Shown one piece after another: positions 50,110 through 61,698 of a DNA stretch of 64,000 nucleotides; the first letter of the stretch is position 1, and each line of letters begins with the position of its first letter. The translations under genes were made by a program, and so were the position numbers. The DNA lies in contig NC_045697.1 of the NCBI RefSeq assembly GCF_009834535.1, positions 76,386,001 to 76,450,000 on the forward strand, read 5' to 3'. The notes under the pieces were generated by a model. It worked only from the letters and a program-made list of their open reading frames with translations, did no database searches and was not told the origin of the DNA. This DNA comes from Camelus ferus. Taxonomy: Eukaryota.

Positions 50110-50255
50110 CCTGTCTTTCCATGCCTCCTACCTCTTCCTGTCCCTTCTCGCCTCTTTTCTCCTGCTCCCTCTAGTTCTCTCTTTCTGTCTCCTCCCTCCT
50201 CCCCTTCCCCTCTCCTTTCGCGCCCTCCTTCTCTTACTTTTCCCCTCTCTCCCTA
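50110..50255. repeat. CT-rich low-complexity polypyrimidine tract
   Basis: About 145 bp almost entirely C/T on the + strand. Confidence 0.85.
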
Positions 50256-52492
50256 ACTTCCGGGAATTTTCTTATGGAACCAAAGGAAGGTTGGTCATCT
50301 CCAGTCCTGGGGTCCCGAAAGGACCTGAGACTGTTCCAGGCACTCACCCTGCTCCTCCCACCTCTCAATGCCACCTCTGCTGTCCTTCTCTAGGACACAG
50401 ATACGTTCCCAATGGGATCCGCAAAGCCCAGGTGAACTCAGATCAGGGGTACCTGAAGCTCTCCAGGGGTTGGGACAGGAGGCAAGGCCCAGAGACACAT
50501 CAATTTCTGAAGCTCGCTTGATCTTCCCACACTCTTCCTCCATCCTTCATTCCTAGGATCTTTATCTGGTGAGGAGGGAAAGAGGGAGGGGAAAAACTGA
50601 GTCTACCTATTTGCTTATAATTTACAATGTTTCTTATCATTCAGGACAAAGACTTTGCTATTAAAAGCCAAGAATTTGCATTTTTTTTTCCCTTCTGATT
50701 CCATCCCTGACAACTCTTTAAAGAAATGGATGTCTTCTGGACTAGCTCCCCAGTAGGGAAGTCACCAGGTAAATAAGGACTATGGCATAAAGCAAAGCAA
50801 TTACAGACTCACCTATCACCCACTACAAATACCAATTAAACTTACTAGGGCTAAATCACAGAGTTGACTATCACGGAGAATAAGGCAGTATGTTATCAAT
50901 ACAAATACAAAAATAGATAGAGCCCTACTCTCAAGGAACTACAGTTTAATGGAGGAAAGTCCTGCCAATAAATGATACAAGAAAATGAACATAAATGAGG
51001 AAGAGGCAAGTGCCAGGTGGGGGTTGACAGAAGTAGCCAGTATCCAGACGTCCCATGGTGATGAAAGGAGCTTCAAATCTACGGCACGGTCACGGGTGAT
51101 GGTGGATGATCTACTCTGGTCTGTAGCCTGCTTGAGGAGGCTGGGTGACTTCTGTCAAAACTCAGCCCAGAGGTGCAGTTAAACATTCAGACTTAGAGAA
51201 GTCCTGCAGGGCCGAGAGGAAGAGGACACCTGCAGTCCAGGTGTAAGAAGAGAGGACTGACTGAGTGCTCATCCTGCAGAGCTGTGAAGGGAGGAGCAGG
51301 CAGACCCAGGGATTTGGCTCAAGGCTTTTATTTATCTGAAGATGTCAAAGAACCTTTGTTATATTACTGATGTTCAGAAATTTTGAGAGAAAAAAATGAA
51401 GAAGATGGCCATTATCCAGCTTCTATAGAGAGAGTAACAAAAGCAAAATGGTTAACTTCTTAAAATATATCACATGTCTTGAGTAGAACAAGAAAAGCAG
51501 GGGAGAAGCACAGAGCCCATTTTGTGCCAACTTTAGTTTGGGCTTAAATGGTGAGGCTGGAAGAGAGAGGTGGAGCTGGGGAGTGGTTAAGCATTAAATA
51601 ATCAACCATGACTAATCACTGAGTTTAGCCTGAGTGAAATCACTCTGCAAGCATAACTCTCATCAAAATGTAGCTTATGCAAGGCTCCAGAATGGGCTGC
51701 ATGTTACAACATAGAACTACAAATCCATGCTTTGTCTGCAAAGTCATAATCAACAGGGTCTAAGGTGTAGCATTCGGTATGGTTAGGTGACATGGAATGG
51801 TGCCCCAGGTGAGTTCACTTTTGATGAAAGTAGGTGAAGGTAAGCATTTTATTTACCGCATTGTTGAAAGTGAATCTGTGTAGTCAAAGGGTTGTTTGTT
51901 TGTTTGTTTGTTTTTTGGGTGGGGGAGGTTGTTGTTATTTTTAATTCAAAGAACATGCTATAACAAAATATAGCTACCTTTCAGGACAGACCTGGATTCA
52001 TATTCTAGTTCTGTATTTCTGTATTGAGCTAGCTACATGAGGCAATTACTTTATCTTAGAATGAGTTCCCTTCTAGCCCTAGAGTGCTATGATTACATTA
52101 TTTGGTTATTGTGAAGAGCCTGGTAGGCACTTTCCTCTGAGAAGGTGGAAGAGCAGCTGAGGAAAAATGTAAGACACCATTAAATCTACTTACCGTTGCA
52201 CGTTGGAAAGAAAAATAATGAATTAAGTAGGGATTCTGTCAATTTCCTTCCTACTCCATTCTTTACACTAATCCCAGCTTTCAAAAAAAAAATAAGTGTA
52301 TAAGTTATGTAAAAAACTGCATAAGGGTGAGCCATAGGACATTCAAACTTACTATTTCTCCACTGAGCCCACACACTGAAAGGGGCATACAGTTGGAAGT
52401 TTTGACACATGTGTGTGGAATTTTGAAAACGGGCTATGTGTTTAAGAGGGACCATGCTATATGTATTAGCTATATTTGAGTCTGATCTATAC

Positions 52493-52701
52493 CAGGGTTT
52501 CTTGACCTTGGCACAACTGACATTTTGGACTGAGTAATTCTTGGTTGTAGGGGGCTGTGCTGTGCATTGTAGGATGTTTAGCAACATTCCTGGCTCCTAC
52601 TTACTAGATGCCAGGGGCAAACTGCTCCCCCTCCAGGTATTGCCAAATGTCCTCTGGGAGACAATTGTCACCACCATCCCCTCCACCCATTAAATATTAT
52701 G
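52493..52701 (+). mobile_element. MER20 hAT-Charlie MITE
   Basis: cagggtttcttgaccttggcacaactgacattttggac...gtgcattgtaggatgtttagcaacattcctggc...actagatgccag...attgccaaatgtcctctggg. Confidence 0.88.
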
Positions 52702-52789
52702 GTTCTGGACAAAATGACCAGGTAGACTATGATGTTTGCTTTTGATGTGTCTGCCCCTGCCACCTTTCCTGTCCCCTCCCTCAGCCATT

Positions 52790-52990
52790 TCTTTATTCAT
52801 CCATTCAACAGATGTTTATTAAATAACTACGTGTTGGGTACTGTACCAGGACAGTAATAAGCAGTGAACAAGAGGATAAGTAGTGAACAAGAAGGAATGG
52901 TACTGGCTGTCATGGAGTTTACAATTTTGTAGGGGAGACGATGTGAAAAAAAAATCATAAATAAAAGAGTATGTAGTGCAAAAACAGCAG
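52790..52990 (-). mobile_element. L2 LINE 3' end
   Basis: ttcatccattcaacagatgtttattaaataactacgtg...gtgaacaaga...tcatggagtttacaattttgtaggggagac. Confidence 0.7.
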
Positions 52991-53189
52991 TTCAGGGAAA
53001 GTGCACACACAGTTACCACCACTGCTTCCCCAAATCCTGTTACTATTATGGTAAATGGCTTAGAAAGACATAAACCTACAAAGGAATGGTAGTTGGTAGA
53101 GGAGGAGAACAATAAAAGTGATCAAAACAATGAGTTAGATGGATAAGATGAACTTAGTAAACTTAGAGGAAGCTGAAACCCAAGACCCA

Positions 53190-53478
53190 CAACAAAACAA
53201 ACCCTCATGATGCTTAAAAACACTGGGCTCAGAGAGGAAAACCTAAACTGTCCACAGATGAAGAAGAAAGCAAAACAGATCACATGCAAAGATATGTGAA
53301 TCAGAATGGCATCGGACTTCACATTGGCAGTGCTTGAAGCTGGAAGACAATAGAGCAATACCTTCAACGTTCTGAAGAATTCTTCCAACCAAAAATACTA
53401 TACCCAGCCAAATTATTAAATAAGTAATAAATAGAATGAAGATGTTCAAGATATTCAGGGTGTCAAATTACTTCCCAA
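53190..53478 (+). mobile_element. HAL1 / old L1 ORF1 C-terminal fragment (decayed)
   Basis: cagatcacatgcaaag...atcagaatggcatcggacttc...gaagctggaagacaatagagcaataccttc...tatacccagccaaatta gives IRMASDF...LEA.RQ...F...LYPAKL, an ORF1-type motif. Confidence 0.7.
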
Positions 53479-53479
53479 A

Positions 53480-53870
53480 TGTTCCAGTTTTATATCACTG
53501 CATAACAAACTACCTCAAAACTTAGTGGTTTAAAACAACTCTATCTCATATGTTTCCAAGAATTCGAACAGAGCACAGAGGGGACAGATTGCCTCTGCTC
53601 CTCAGTGTCTGAGATCTCCGATGGGAGGACTGGGAGAGCTGGGAGCCTGTCAGGCTCTTCTCTCTCTTTCTACGTAGTCTCTCAACATGTTTAGCTTGGG
53701 CTTCCTCACAGCAGATTAGTTCAATTTACATTGCTCCAAGACAATAAGACAGAAGCTGCCAGTCCTCTTGAAGACCAGGACTAGAACCATCATTCTCTAT
53801 TAGCCAAAGCAGTTACAGGCCAGTCCAGATTCAAGGGGAAGAGAAATATACCCTCCTTTCAATGCACTAA
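53480..53870 (-). mobile_element. MaLR LTR (MLT1)
   Basis: tgcataacaaactacctcaaaacttagtggtttaaaacaac...gggcttcctcacagc...ggccagtccagattcaaggggaagag. Confidence 0.75.
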
Positions 53871-54134
53871 ACCAGTTCTTAATAAATCAAGAGGTGTTCT
53901 GTTGCCAGTAAGATTGGGATTGAGTTGAAGAACAAAATGAACTATGTGAAAAGATAAAAGATCTACCTTTATGCCTGTTGAAAAGAAACCAAATGGATGA
54001 AGCTTATGTGACAAGACCAAATCACACCAAGTAAGGAATCTGGATTGTGTTTATTTGAAATGACAGGGAAAGTATATGATCTGAATCATATTAAAAACAA
54101 AAACAAAAACAAAATCAAAAAACAAAAAAACTCC

Positions 54135-54900
54135 CACTTTGCTGTGTAGCGAATGACTTGTGAGGGAGCAAGCATGGCAGCAGGGAGACCAGTTGGATAG
54201 TTACTTCAGTCGGTGACTTGGACTAAGAGAGAAAAGTAGAGAATAAGAGAAATGGTCATATTTGAGATAGATTTTGGAAAGTGAGCTGAATAGATCTGCT
54301 GATGGATTAAAAGTAGGAATAAGAGAAAAAAGGAATCAAGGTTGATTTCTAGGTTTTTTGTCTGGAATGGCTATATAGATATTAATGTCATTTACTGAAA
54401 TGGTAAAGAAAGGCTAGATTTGAGAAGGGAATCAAAAATTTAGGATTGAAAATTATTAGTTATTAAATTCCATATCAAGGAGGAAGTTGGATATGTAAGT
54501 TTGGAGCTCAGTGGAGCTGATGAAATTAAACTGGAAATCATCATCATTCAGGTGGTATGTAATTGCCTAGAATGAGGATATTGATAGAAAAGAACAGAGA
54601 AACTAAGACTAAGCCTTTGGAATGCTCAGAAATATAGGAGTTGAGCAAAGAAAGAACACCCAAAAGGAGGAAAACAAATACTGTCAATGGTATAGGAGAA
54701 AAACCCAGAGGAACACAGTGTCAGGGGAGCCAAGGGAATTTTAAGAAAGAGAAAAATCAACTGTGTGCTGATTGGTCAGTAAGATGACATCAAAGAGAAT
54801 GTTGCCATTATATTTTGCTAGCTAGTATCACATATAAATCTTGGTGATCTTGGAAGCTATAGTTGAGAGGATTAGGAGGAAAGGATGTGAGGGGTTAGAA
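54135..54900 (-). mobile_element. L2 LINE fragment
   Basis: gcagggagaccagtt...gatagattttggaa...gatctgctgatggatt...ggaatcaaggttgatttctaggtttttt...gttggatatgtaagtttggagctcag. Confidence 0.8.
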
Positions 54901-56239
54901 AAATTAGGATTTGAAGAAGTAGGTGGAGAAAGAACAAGGAGCCAGGGTTCCCTTAGGAAAAAAGGACCCAACACCTCTCACTCTTTTTCTGAGAGATGAA
55001 TTAGGAAAATACATCAAGGTGCCTTGTAAACTTGATCCAAAAGCTACTGTTGTAGGAGTAGACAGGACTGGTGGCTAGCCCCGGCCTGAGACAGAAGTGT
55101 GATGGTACTTCTGGGTATGAACAGGAGCACTGAATAAACCCTGATCTACTCTACCTGGATTTATCTTGCACCCTTATCAACAGTGTGGGTGTGAGACAAA
55201 AAGATCTGGTTGCTAAGAACTGTAACAATAAGGCCAGAGCCAGATTCTGGCCAGGAATTCTCTGTGACAGAGCATAACCTAATTAAAAATCACTTTCCCT
55301 TGGAAAATTTCTGTGAATGAGAAAGGCTTTTCTCTACTCCCTTAGTCCTAGTCACAGTCAGGACTCAGTTTTACCTGTCCTGGTCCTGACTTAACCTCCA
55401 GAATTAATTAGAGAGAACTAACCATGGAGCATTAGCAATTTCGTGCCAGCCAGGTCTCTGCTACCACCAGCCTGGTGGCAATTAACAAAATCAAACTCAT
55501 TAGCTTCATCTTGGGATTTCTTAGCAGCCTGGGGAAGAGTGTTAGCCCAGAGTACCCTGACCACTTGGGCTGGGAAGCTTCCTCATTGAACTTGGCCAGA
55601 GGGAGTAAATCAGCCTATTCTTAAAAAGTCTTATCACTGGGCCACTCTGGGGAGAAGGAATGTATCCCGGCTTCTGTTCTTCAGAGACAGCCCCCAAGGC
55701 CAATAGCCTCCCACTGTAGTCAGCACACATAGAACCAACTGGATCCACTCCTCAAGTTACTCACATGAACTTAAGAGATACCTGATGGACAAAGAAGCAG
55801 AGGCTGGGATTGTGGAGGGATATGTGTTGGCCTTCCAGACTTTGTTCTCACTGATGCATTGTTTGAACATAAATAGTGCAAGAAGATATTGCAGCTACAC
55901 TAGGTTTATTATGCCTCGGTTCACTTTCTCTATTCCCTCTGCATCTAATTTTTTTTTCTTTTTCCTTGATCTGTTTTCAATTCTAAAGACAGATAGTATC
56001 TAAAATGAGACTGCTCCTACTCCATTTCAAGTCAAATTCATTTTTGTAATAATTATATAAAGGGATATATCTGAAAATGATTGTGGGCACATACTCAGGG
56101 TTAACTATATGTTGAGTTTTGAAATCTAGCTAAATTGGTGAAATGACTTATATAGTACACAGTTCATGAGCGCTAATGGAGTTAGAGTCATGGCTAGTTG
56201 ATATCACAATGGATGTAATATGTCATGCTTTTTTCTAAC

Positions 56240-56625
56240 ATCTTTTTTGAAGTATAACTTATATACCATGAAACTCACCCATTTAAAATGTACAATTCAA
56301 TAATTTTAGTAAATATACAGAGTTACGTAACCATCACTACAATCCAGTATTAGAACATTTGTATCACTGTGTAAATAACTCTTCTACCCACAGGCATTCC
56401 AGCCCAAGCCCAGACAACTGCTAATGTATTTCCGGGCTCTATAGAGTTGCCTTTTCTGGACATTTCATATAAATGGAATCATAAAACACATAGTCTTTTG
56501 CACCTGGCTTCTTTCACTTAACATAACATTTTTGAGGTGCATCCATGTTTTGGAAAGTTTTTTTTACTAATAGCATTCCATCCACATTTTGTTTATCCAC
56601 TCACCAGTTCATGGACACTTGATAT
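56240..56625 (-). mobile_element. L1MB-like 3' fragment
   Basis: tttgaagtataacttatataccatgaaactcacccatttaaaatgtacaattca...gccttttctggacatttcatataaatggaatcat...ggcttctttcacttaacata. Confidence 0.85.
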
Positions 56626-57844
56626 TGTTCTTTAGAATCCTTTCCTGAGTGTATTTGGCTCAAATGTATCATAAAATTATCTTGCAGATGGCGTTTCCTA
56701 TCTGTCTCAATAAGGGAGTTAGAAGCACTTCCTCAGGGAGACTGTCAGCATCTCAGAAAAGTTGTGCTAAGGGTGGATGGCAGCTGCCCCAACATGCTGT
56801 TATACAGCCTGTGGGTAGGTAAGTGAGCAAGACCCCAGTTATAAGTACTGATCCTCTCTTTTTGTGGCGGGAGGGATGGGAAAATGAGAATCTGAAAATC
56901 CATAGGTTGTCTTACAGGTCTTATTATGTACTAAGGCACAAGGGTATTTAATTCTCCTGGGAAAGAAAAATAAAGAAAATCAGAGGCGGCATCAAGATTC
57001 AACGTTCTAAGTAGAAAAGGAAGAAAAAGTTTTGCCTGACCTGGAAGGGTAGGAATGCTGAAGGAAAGCAGAGTTTTTCACTCTGAGTTAGCAGATCGCC
57101 AAAAGGTTTATGCCCAGTCTTGAGGCACCAGCTGGTCCTTTGTGGGAAGGAAGAAAAACACTGCGGTGTTATTCAACAGTACCTCCAGACCAGTCCCTGG
57201 GGAAATTGTTCCACGTTCCTTACACAGTGGGACCAGTAAAATTGAAAGAGTAAGACTAACCTCTTGGGAGACTAAAATATCTGTGGCCACTAAACTAAAA
57301 TATCAGGTCAGACCACCCAAGATTTCTAAAGAGTGGTATTCACTTTGATTGAGAGGATGGTTCCTCCAGTCGGGAACGAGCCACAGGCTTGTATGGCGGT
57401 GGTGGAGAGCAGAGAGGTGAGCCCCAAGCACACAGCAGCAGTGGGAGGAGATGGACTGGTGAGCAGCAGTGGAAGGAGAGCACAGAACAACAGCAGGAAA
57501 GCTACAACCGCCACTGAGGGCCGTGTGGAAAGGAAGATGCCTCAGTGGTTTAGAGTTCTATAATGCAATTCAGATTGGGGTGTGGGGAAAACCCCAGGAC
57601 AATTGTTTATCAAAGCCATGTGGTATAATTTGGGCACCTCAAACATGCAATGTGATTTCCTGATTTCCTGCCCCTGTGTCCTGAGGCTGTCACTGCTGCC
57701 TGGAATATTCTTTCTTGGGCTGTAGTAGTAGGACCAACTTTTCTTATTCTTCAAGTCTGAGATAAAACATATCTCACTGCTCAGTCCATCCCTATTTAAA
57801 GATCCCCAGTGATACTCTTCATGGTCCTCTACCCTCTTGCTTGA

Positions 57845-58024
57845 GGATTTCACTGGTTCTAAGATATACATCCCCTCCACCCCACCCCTCACCCCCACTT
57901 TTTAACGTCTCTGAGATTGGAATAAATGATAGTTTAGTTGGCCATGGTCTTTTCTTTGTAAGCAACTAAAAAAATAATGGTGTATCTCATAACCAGCAGC
58001 AACTCTACTCAATAAGATACAGTA
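57845..58024. mobile_element. MER104-like Tc2/mariner MITE
   Basis: atttcactggttctaagat...cacttttaacgtctctgagattgg...aaaataatggtgtatct...aagatacagta. Confidence 0.55.
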
Positions 58025-58029
58025 TTCTT

Positions 58030-58195
58030 CACACTCTATGGGTTCTAATTTATTTGATGTTTATTGCTTGTCCACCCTGTAAAACTATAAGCTTTTTTGG
58101 AGCAAGGAGTACATCTGACTTGCTTACCCAGCATGTAGTACAATTCTTGGCTCATCATATGTGCTTAATAATGATTAATCAAATGGGTGAATGAA
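58030..58195 (+). mobile_element. L2 LINE 3' end
   Basis: gcttgtccacc...aactataagc...gagcaagga...cttggctcatcatatgtgcttaataa...gaatgaa. Confidence 0.55.
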
Positions 58196-59319
58196 ACTTA
58201 GAACACAGTTATATGGATCTTAGCCAAAAAAAATCACTGTACACAATACTATGTGTAATTAAGTGACATAATAAGTTTTTTGGACAAAATCAAACATAGA
58301 TTCTAACTGTCAGATTCACATGTACCCAACGTCTTATCCCGAAGGTTGAGTTATAAGTACTGGTTTTAAGCAGAACCTTCCACACAAGTGGATACCTGAA
58401 AACAAAGCACACTTACATCTGTCCAACCAGAACTAATTTTTTGCATTATGCATTTCTTGGAAAATCACTTTTAAATGGGAGATATTATTAGAAAGTATTT
58501 ACAAAGCCTCTCCCAGTATAATACCTGTGTGCTTTGACAAGTATGCTATTTTTGTATGTAAAAAAACTCATTGTCATACATTATGACCAGTTTCTCCTGC
58601 TTAATACCATAGTTAACTCTAATCTGATGTTTATAACCTCTTAATCTTTTTCCATGGAGACAATAGATTTGGCCTTATCTATTCATCTGGTCCTGACTTA
58701 AACAAGTAGAAAAACCAAGGGATTCAGTCTTAGCTAAAATAATTTAGTAATGAGCAAATATTTCAGGAAATGTCAGTTAGAAATATAGAAAACACAAATG
58801 GATTTAAATGCGCAGTTGATTTATTTGAAAATTTTCCTCTGAATGGAAGTCCTTCTTCAAAACTGATGCAAGGCTCTGGATAAACCTCATTATTATGAAA
58901 GTCCCCAAAAGTGAGAATTTAAATACAAAATTATGCAAAATGAGAAAAATGGGTCATTTTTGCCACTGCCTCATTCTGGGGTTTTTGAGCAAAATAGAAC
59001 AAGAATAAAATCATCTCAACTTCACAGTACACCGTATCTCCCTGGCAGCATTCAGATGATGGTTCTGACGCAGTTCAGAATGATGGCTACAGAACTGGAT
59101 TCCAATCTCAGACAAATCATACTGCCCTGAACCTCAGCAGTCATTCCAGGTTCTGGGAGTCTGACTTGTCAAGGTCCAGGTCAATTGTCATCTCTCAGAA
59201 ACTTTCCAGACTTCCCTGGTCAGAATCAATGTCTCCTTCCTCTTGTGGACACCCCTAACATTTTGTTTCTTCTTCCTCTGTAGAATGACACAGTCTGCTT
59301 TGTGACACAGACAGGTATC

Positions 59320-61698
59320 CAGGCATGCCTCATTTTATCACACTTCACTTTCTTGCACTTTGCAGACAGTGCATATTTTACAAATTGAAAGTTTGTGTCA
59401 ACCCTATGTCAAGCAAGCCTATCAGCACCATTTTTCCAACAGTATTTGCTCACTTTGTGTCTGTATATCACATTTTGGCAATTCTCGAAATATTTCAAAC
59501 TTTTTCATTACTATTATATTTGTTATAGTGATTTGTGATCAGTGATTTTTGATCTTACTATTGTAATTGTTTTGGGGCACCATGAACTACACTCATACAG
59601 GACAGCAAACTTAATTGACAAATGTTGTGTGTGTTCTGACTGCTCTACCAATCAGCTGTTCCCCTAGCTCTCTCCCTCTCCTTGGACCTCCCTAGTGGCT
59701 GAGACACAACAATATTGAAATTAGGCCAATTAGTAGCCCTACACTGGCCTCTAAGTGTTCAAGTGAAAGGAAGAGTCTCACTTTAAATCAAAAGCTAGGA
59801 AATGATTAAACTTAATGAGGATGGCATGTCGAAAGCCAAGACAGGCTGAAAGCTAGGCCTCTTGCACTAGTTAGTCAAGTTGTGAATGCAAAGGAGAAGT
59901 TCTTGAAGGAAATCAAAAGTGCTATTTCAGTGAACACATGAATGAGAAACAAGCAAAACAGCCTTATTGCTGATCTGGAGAAAGTTTTAATGGCCTGGAT
60001 AAAAGATCAAACCAGTCACAACTATTACATTATGCCAAAGCCTAACCCAGAGCAAGCCCCTAACTCTATTCAATTCTGTAAAGACTGAGAGCCTGAGAAA
60101 GCTGCAGAAGAAAAGTCTGAAGCTGGCAGAAGTTGGTTCATGAGGTTTAAGGAAAGACGCCATCTCCATAACATCAAAGTGCATGGTAAAGCAGCAAGTG
60201 CTGATGTAGTAAAAGCTGCAGCAAGTTATCCAGAAGATCTAGCTGAGATAATTAATGAAGGTGGCTGCATAAAATAGATTTTCAGCTGTAGACAAAACAG
60301 CCTTATATTAGAAGATGCCATCTAGGACTTTCATAGCTAGAGAGGAGAAGTCAATGCCTGACTTCAAATCTTCACAAAACAGGCTGACCCTCTTAGGGGC
60401 TGGTGCAGGCTGATGACTTGAAGCTGAAGCCAGTGCCCATTTACCATTCTGAAAATCCTAGGACCCTTAAGGATGATTCCAAATTTACACTGTCTGTACT
60501 CTATAATCAAAACAACAAAGCCTAGATGACAGCACATCTGTTTACAACATGGTTTATGAACATTTTAAGCCCCCTGCTGAAACCTACTGCTCAGGAAAAA
60601 AGATTCCTTTCAAAATATGACTGCTCATTGACAATGCACATGGTCACCCAAGAGCTCTGATTGAGATGTGCAGTGACATTAATGTTGTTTTCACGCCTAC
60701 TAACACAACATTCATCCTGCAGCCCATAGATCAAGGAGTAATTTCTAATTTTAAGTCTTACTACTTAAGAAATACACTTCACAAGGCTATAGCTTTCATA
60801 GATAGTGACTCCTCTGATGAATCTGGGCAAAGTCAATTGAAAATATTCTAAAAAGGGTTTACCAGTCTAGAAGTCATTAAGAGTGCATTTGTGATTCATA
60901 GGTAGAGGTCAAAATATCAACAACAGGAATTTGGAAGAAGTTGATTCCAGCCGTCATGGATGACTTTGAGGGATTCAAGACTTCAGTGGCAGAATGAACT
61001 TCAGGTGTGATGGAAACAGCAAGAGAACTAGATTTATAAATGGAACCTGAAGATGTGACTGAACTGCTGCATTCTCATGAGAAAACATGAACAGATAAGT
61101 TGCTTCTTAAAAATGTGCAAAGAAAGTAGTTTCTTGTGGCGGAATTTACTCCTGGTGAAGATGCTTTGAAGACTGTTGAAATCACAACAAAGGATTTAGA
61201 ATATTACATACACTAAGTTGACAAAGAGACAAGGTTTGAGAAGATTGACTCCAATTTTGAAAGAAGTTCTATGGGCAAAATGCTATCAAAGAGCATTATG
61301 TGCAACAGAGAAATTGTTTGTGAAAAGAAGAGTCAAATCAATGTGGCAAACTTGTCTTATTTCAAGAAATTGCCACAATCACCCTGATCAGTCAACAGCC
61401 ATGAGGCAATACCCTCCACCATCAAACATATAACAACTCTCTGAAGGCTCAGATAACGGTTAGCATATTTTAGCAGTAAAGCATCTTTTAATTAAGGAGC
61501 TTTAAAACACCTTAATTAAAACAATTTTAATTGTTTTTCAGACATGAGGCTACTGCACACTTAACAGACCACAGTATAGTATAAACATAACTTTTATATG
61601 TACTGGGAAACCAAAAAATTTGTGTGACTCACTTTCTAGATATTCGCTTTATTGCAGTGGTCTGGAACTGAACCCCCAATATCTCTGAGGTGAGCCTG
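59320..61698 (+). mobile_element. Tigger1 (pogo-like Tc/mariner DNA transposon), near full length
   Basis: Termini caggcatgcctc... and ...tgaggtgagcctg; about 2.38 kb; both subterminal regions and the internal transposase remnant are recognisable. Confidence 0.95.
59743..61130 (+). pseudogene. Disrupted Tigger1 transposase (CENP-B-type HTH plus DDE_1 domain)
   Basis: Fragments [50 protein letters not shown] and [27 protein letters not shown]; many stops and frameshifts. Confidence 0.85.

Noticed and set aside
57326..57514. Signal-peptide-like hydrophobic ORF (AVVAFLLLFCALLPLLL..)
   Set aside because: Non-ATG start and short; the hydrophobicity follows from CT-rich composition on that strand.
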